In this document: piece by piece, positions 59,666 through 64,000 of the stretch
How positions within the stretch are numbered: position 1 is the stretch's first letter
Layout of the letters: every line of letters begins with the position of its first letter
Origin: Anaeramoeba ignava BMAN
Lineage: Eukaryota; Protista; Anaeramoebae
Assembly: GCA_028826165.1 (NCBI GenBank)
Contig: JAPDFW010000053.1
Span: 310,001-374,000, forward strand
Reading direction: 5' to 3'
Length of the DNA stretch: 64,000 nucleotides
Program-made: the position numbers and the translations under genes
The notes under the pieces: model-generated
What the model was told of the DNA's origin: nothing
Database searches by the model: none
Seen by the model: the letters and a program-made list of their open reading frames with translations, nothing else

Positions 59666-62655
59666 ATGTCAAAAGATAATTCTAAAAAAGAAACAAAAGA
59701 AGAAGAAACTCAAGAAAAGTTATTTCAATATGATAGATATGGTTTTTTACTTGAAAAAGAGTAAGAAATTTTAACTGATAAAAAAATTGATTTTTTTTTT
59801 AAATCAAAAAAAAATTTTCAAGATTACCACAAGATAGAACAAAAGATGAACTTAAATCAGTTAAAAATGAAGTAAATAACGCAGATAAATGGAATGAAAT
59901 GATGAATAATTGGGAAAAATTTGCAACAAAGAAAAAAAATATTGTAATTATTTTTCTCCAATTAAAATTAAAATTAAAATTAAAATTAAATATTAAAATT
60001 AAAATTAAAATTAAAATTAAAATTAAAATTAAAATTAAAATTAAAATTAAAATTAAAATTAAAATTAAAATTAAAATTAAAATTAAAATTAAAATTAAAA
60101 TTAAAATTAAAATTAAAATTAAAATTAAAATTAAAATTAAAATTAAAATTAAAATTAAAATTAAAATTAAAATTAAAATTAAAATTAAAATTAAAATTAA
60201 TATTAAAATTAAAATTAAAATTAAAATTAAAATTAAAATTAAAATTAAAATTAAAATTAAAATTAAAATTAAAATTAAAATTAAAATTAAAATTAAAATT
60301 AAAATTAAAATTAAAATTAAAAATTAAAATTAAAATTAAAATTAAAATTAAAATTAAAATTAAAATTAAAATTAAAATTAAATATTATAATTTAAAATTA
60401 AAATTAAAATTAAAATTAAAATTAAAATTAAAATTAAAATCAAAATTAAAATTAAAATTAAAATTAAAATTAAAATTAAAATTAAAATTAAAATCAAAAT
60501 TAAAATTAAAATTAAAATTAAAATTAAAATTAAAATTAAAATTAAAATCAAAATTAAAATTAAAATCAAAATTAAATTAGTTAAAGAAAAGAATTAGAAA
60601 AGGTATTCCAGGACCTTTTCGAGGAAAAGCATGGTTTAAAATTACAGAAAGTGATTCATTAAGAGAAAAAATGAAGAAAAAAGGAGGAGAAGATTTTTAT
60701 CAAAAATTATTAGAAAAACAAAATGAAAAAGCAAATATGGTGATTGAAAGAGATATTGATAGAACATTCCCTAAACATGAACATTATCGGGAAGGTTCAG
60801 AGTAAACAATTCCGTTTATTACATTTTAATTTTATTTTTTTAAATTGATTTCTTTATATATTATTTTATAGACAAAAACGATTATCTCGTGTTCTTCGTG
60901 CTTGGTCTGTTTATAATGAAACTGTTGGATATTGCCAAGGTTTATTTAAATTTAAATTATATTTAAAATTAAAATTAAAATCGGATAAAAATTTAAAATC
61001 GGATAAAAAATTTAAATTAAAATTAAAATTAAAATTAAAATTAAAATTAAAATTAAAATTAAAATTAAAATTAAAATTAAAATTAAAATTAAAATTAAAA
61101 TTAAAAATTAAAATTAAAATTAAAATTAAAATTAAAATTAAAATTTTCAAAATTAAAAATCGGATTAAAAATTAAAATTAAATTAAAATTAAAATTTAAA
61201 ATTTAAAATTAAAATTAAAATTAAAATTAGTAAAATTAAAATTAAAATTAAAATTAAAATTAAAATTTTAAAATTAAAATTAAAAATTAAAATTAAAATT
61301 AAAATTAAAATTAAAATTAAAATTAAAAATTAAAATTAAAATTAAAATTAAAATTAAAATTAAAATTAAAATTAAAATTAAAATTAAAATTAAAATTAAA
61401 ATTAAAATTAAAATTAAAATTAAAATTAAAATTAAAATTAAAATTAAAATTTAAAATTAAAAATTAAAAATTAAATTAAAATTAAAAATTAAAATTAAAA
61501 ATTAAAATTAAAATTAAAATTAAAATTAAAATTAAAATTAAAATTAAAATTAAAAATTAAATTAAAATTAAAATTAAAATTAAAATTAAAATTAAAATTA
61601 AAATTAAAATTAAAATTAAAATTATATTTAAAAAGGAATGGCTTTTTCTGCTTTGCACTCCTTTTTTTTATGGAAGAAGAAGTAACTTTATTAATAAAAA
61701 AAATTATAAAGAAATAGAAAATTCATTTATTATCAAACAAAAAGGATGCATTTTGGACATTTGTAGTTTTAATGGAAAAATTTCATATGAATAGACTTTA
61801 TCTTGATGGATTTCCATTAGTTGTTCAAGAACTTTATCAATGGGATAGAATGCTTGAAAAATTAGATAAAAAATTATTTCTTCACTTAAAAAAACAAGGA
61901 GTTATATCTTCAATGTATGCAAGTAAATGGTTTTTAACAATTTTTGCAAGTACTTTTTCTTTCTCAATTGTAATCAGAATTTGGGACAATTATATTTATG
62001 ATGGAATTATTTTTGTTTTTCAAACTGCTTTTGCTATTTTGAAGTTATTTAGAAGTAAAATTAAAATTAAAATTAAAATTAAAATTAAAATTAAAATTAA
62101 AATTAAAATTAAAATTAAAATTAAAATTAAAAATTAAAATTAAAATTAAAATTAAAATTAAAATTAAAATTAAAATTAAAATTAAAATTAAAATTAAAAT
62201 TAAAATAAAATTCTAGATTAAAATTTTTCAAAATTAAAATTTTAAAATTAAATTTAAAAATAAAATTAAAATTAAAATTAAAATTAAAATTAAAAAATTA
62301 AAATTAAAATTAAAATTAAAATTTAAAATTAAAATTTAAATTTAAATTTAAAATTAAAATCGGATAAAAATTTAAAATTAAAATCGGATAAAAATTAAAA
62401 TTAAAATCGGATAAAAATTTAAAATTAAATTTAGAATCTTTATTGAAAATGGATTTTGAAAAATTATTGGGTTTTTTACAAAATATTCAACTTCAAGAAA
62501 TTAAAGAAGAAGAATTAATTTCAACTGCTCTTTCAGTTAATATTTCACATAAAGATTTAGCAATATGGGCTGATGAACATGCAAAACAACTTCAAAAACA
62601 AGAAAAAGAAAAAGAAAAAGAAAAAGAAGAAAAACAAGAAAAAGAAAAGAATTAA
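59666..62655 (+). CDS. TBC-domain Rab GTPase-activating protein (TBC1D10/EVI5-like), 7 exons
   Basis: DRYGF, IRKGIP..RGKAW, arginine finger IERDIDRTFP, glutamine finger VGYCQGM, EEDAFW, YASKWFLTIF and VIRIWD. Introns are 59761-59822, 59944-60580, 60802-60871, 60940-61635, 61682-61744 and 62055-62434, all in phase. Confidence 0.93.
59960..60575 (+). repeat. Intronic (AAAATT)n microsatellite
   Basis: About 100 tandem hexamers in TBC intron 2. Confidence 0.95.
60960..61625 (+). repeat. Intronic (AAAATT)n microsatellite
   Basis: TBC intron 4. Confidence 0.95.
62057..62430 (+). repeat. Intronic (AAAATT)n microsatellite with ATCGGATAAAAATT motifs
   Basis: TBC intron 6. Confidence 0.95.
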
Positions 62656-62981
62656 ATTTTTTTTTTCATTTTAAAAATTTAATCCAAAAAAAAAAAAAAA
62701 ATTAAATAAATGAAATGGTAAAAAGTAATAGTTTCTTTTTTATTTTTCATTTTGAAATTATTAAAAAAAGTTTCATCAAAAAAAAAAAGAAAAGGAAAAA
62801 GAAAAAGAGATTTTTAAATTAAAAAAAATTTTTTTAAATGGTTTTTTTTTTTCATTTTTTTCTCTTTTAAAAGAAATTTTCCATTTATTTTTATTCTTGT
62901 TTTAATTATTATTTTTTATTATACTTTTTTTTATTTCTATTGTTTTTATTAGTAAAAAATACAAAAAAAAAATAAATAATA

Positions 62982-63485
62982 ATGATTCAAGAATCACAAA
63001 ACGAGAAAAATAAGCAAATAAAAAGATCCCAAACTTTCATCTCAACAATATCACTAATTCAAATAATATTATCAATGGTTTATTTATTAAATTATCCCAA
63101 ATTTGCAAGAATATCATTATTTTTTGGAATATCAGGTTTAGTTGGTGTTTGTTGGAAATCAAAAATACTTCTTCTATTTTATCTTGGTTTTCATCTTGTT
63201 TTTTTTGGAATGATTTCAATTCACTTTATTTTTTATTCACCTTTATTTCGCAAGAACGTTTTATCACAATCGGACCAACTTTATGGCTTGTTTGTTCTTG
63301 TTTCTTTGATTTTTGTTTTCTTTCTTAATTTGCAACATTGTTATAAATTACTTCGTCTTGGTTTTGTTAGAAATTCTCCTATTCCTTTACAAATTCCAAA
63401 TTCTGATGATTTTGTATTTCTTAATCAAAATTTTCAACCCTCTCATCTTACAAGAAATTCAACTCACTCAACATTCGATGTTTGA
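62982..63485 (+). CDS. Small four-TM membrane protein of unknown function
   Basis: 167-aa ATG-initiated ORF with four hydrophobic segments; the topology is tetraspanin-like. Confidence 0.7.
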   Translation: MIQESQNEKNKQIKRSQTFISTISLIQIILSMVYLLNYPKFARISLFFGISGLVGVCWKSKILLLFYLGFHLVFFGMISIHFIFYSPLFRKNVLSQSDQLYGLFVLVSLIFVFFLNLQHCYKLLRLGFVRNSPIPLQIPNSDDFVFLNQNFQPSHLTRNSTHSTFDV

Positions 63486-63668
63486 TTTATTTTATCATTT
63501 AAATTATTTTTCTTTTTTTGTTTTTTGTTTAGATTTTTTTCTGAGTATAAAAATTCAATAAATTTTTGATTTAATTTTTTTTATTCTTTTAATTTTATTC
63601 AATCCAAAATGAGTGAAAAATTATTTCACAAAATTTTTTTGAAATAAATTTTTTTGAAATAAATTTAA

Positions 63669-64000
63669 TTATTTATCTGAAAAACATTTTTTAAATAATC
63701 CTGGTTTTGTTTTCTTAAGTTGAGATTTTAATAATTCTTTAATTTCATCATTTGCTGCTAAATCAAATACTGATAAATTCTAATTAATAAATCAATAAAA
63801 TAAATAATAAATATAAAAATAAATATAAAAATAATAATGAAAATAATTTATTACATCCTTTTTTTTATAAATAAATAAATAATGAATTTATTAATAAAAT
63901 AATTTTTGAATTATTTTGTTTACTCGATTTTTTTTTAATATTGAAGCACCAGCATCTAATAATAGTTTCACAATTCTTAAACTTCCTTTTTCAGCAGCAA
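63669..64000 (-). CDS. Ankyrin-repeat protein, 3' part (5' end outside window)
   Basis: AAEKGSLRIVKLLLDAGASILKKNR (to 63924), then the last exon 63779-63669 NLSVFDLAANDEIKELLK...*. Confidence 0.85.

Noticed and set aside
59960-60575. (AAAATT)n as telomeric repeat
   Set aside because: It is G-free, internal to introns of an intact gene, and dispersed at many internal sites.
1-64000. Alternative genetic code or non-canonical introns
   Set aside because: TAA, TGA and TAG all end genes, and every intron reconstructed is GT-AG and in phase. The TTG/GTG starts in the ORF track are artefacts.
1-64000. Inteins/Hint domains, tRNA or rRNA genes, autonomous mobile elements
   Set aside because: No Hint motifs, structured RNA genes, or RT/integrase/transposase motifs could be recognised by eye.

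Overview
This is a very AT-rich, gene-dense eukaryotic (protist) chromosome segment with short GT-AG introns and the standard genetic code. The gene-family make-up (RCC1-BTB arrays, RNF213-like ATPase, beta-propeller surface proteins, hexamer microsatellites) suggests an Anaeramoeba-like metamonad, but that is an inference. About 20 genes can be assembled by hand: an RNF213/mysterin-like protein (5'-truncated), a multipass TRP-like membrane protein, a RasGEF with a talin F0/F1-like N-terminus, Spc25, a GPR137-like protein, an F-box-TMEM185 fusion, a tandem receiver-like domain protein, ATG16L, a DH-PH RhoGEF, four RCC1-BTB paralogues interrupted by an FG-GAP/FN3 receptor with seven near-identical repeats, a beta-propeller surface protein, EPG5, a BTB-ankyrin-ZZ protein, a CAR-type GPCR, a TBC RabGAP, a small TM protein and the end of an ankyrin gene. 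Several large satellites lie between and within genes. The most notable observation is that two unrelated genes are each bracketed by exact 26-31 bp direct repeats copying the 3' end of the upstream co-oriented gene, which looks like cassette-style integration. Other highlights are the talin-head-RasGEF fusion, a probable 3-nt microexon and a recurring intergenic AAAAGTGGA motif. Several single-base frameshifts are most likely assembly errors. All family calls come from recalled motifs; no searches were run.
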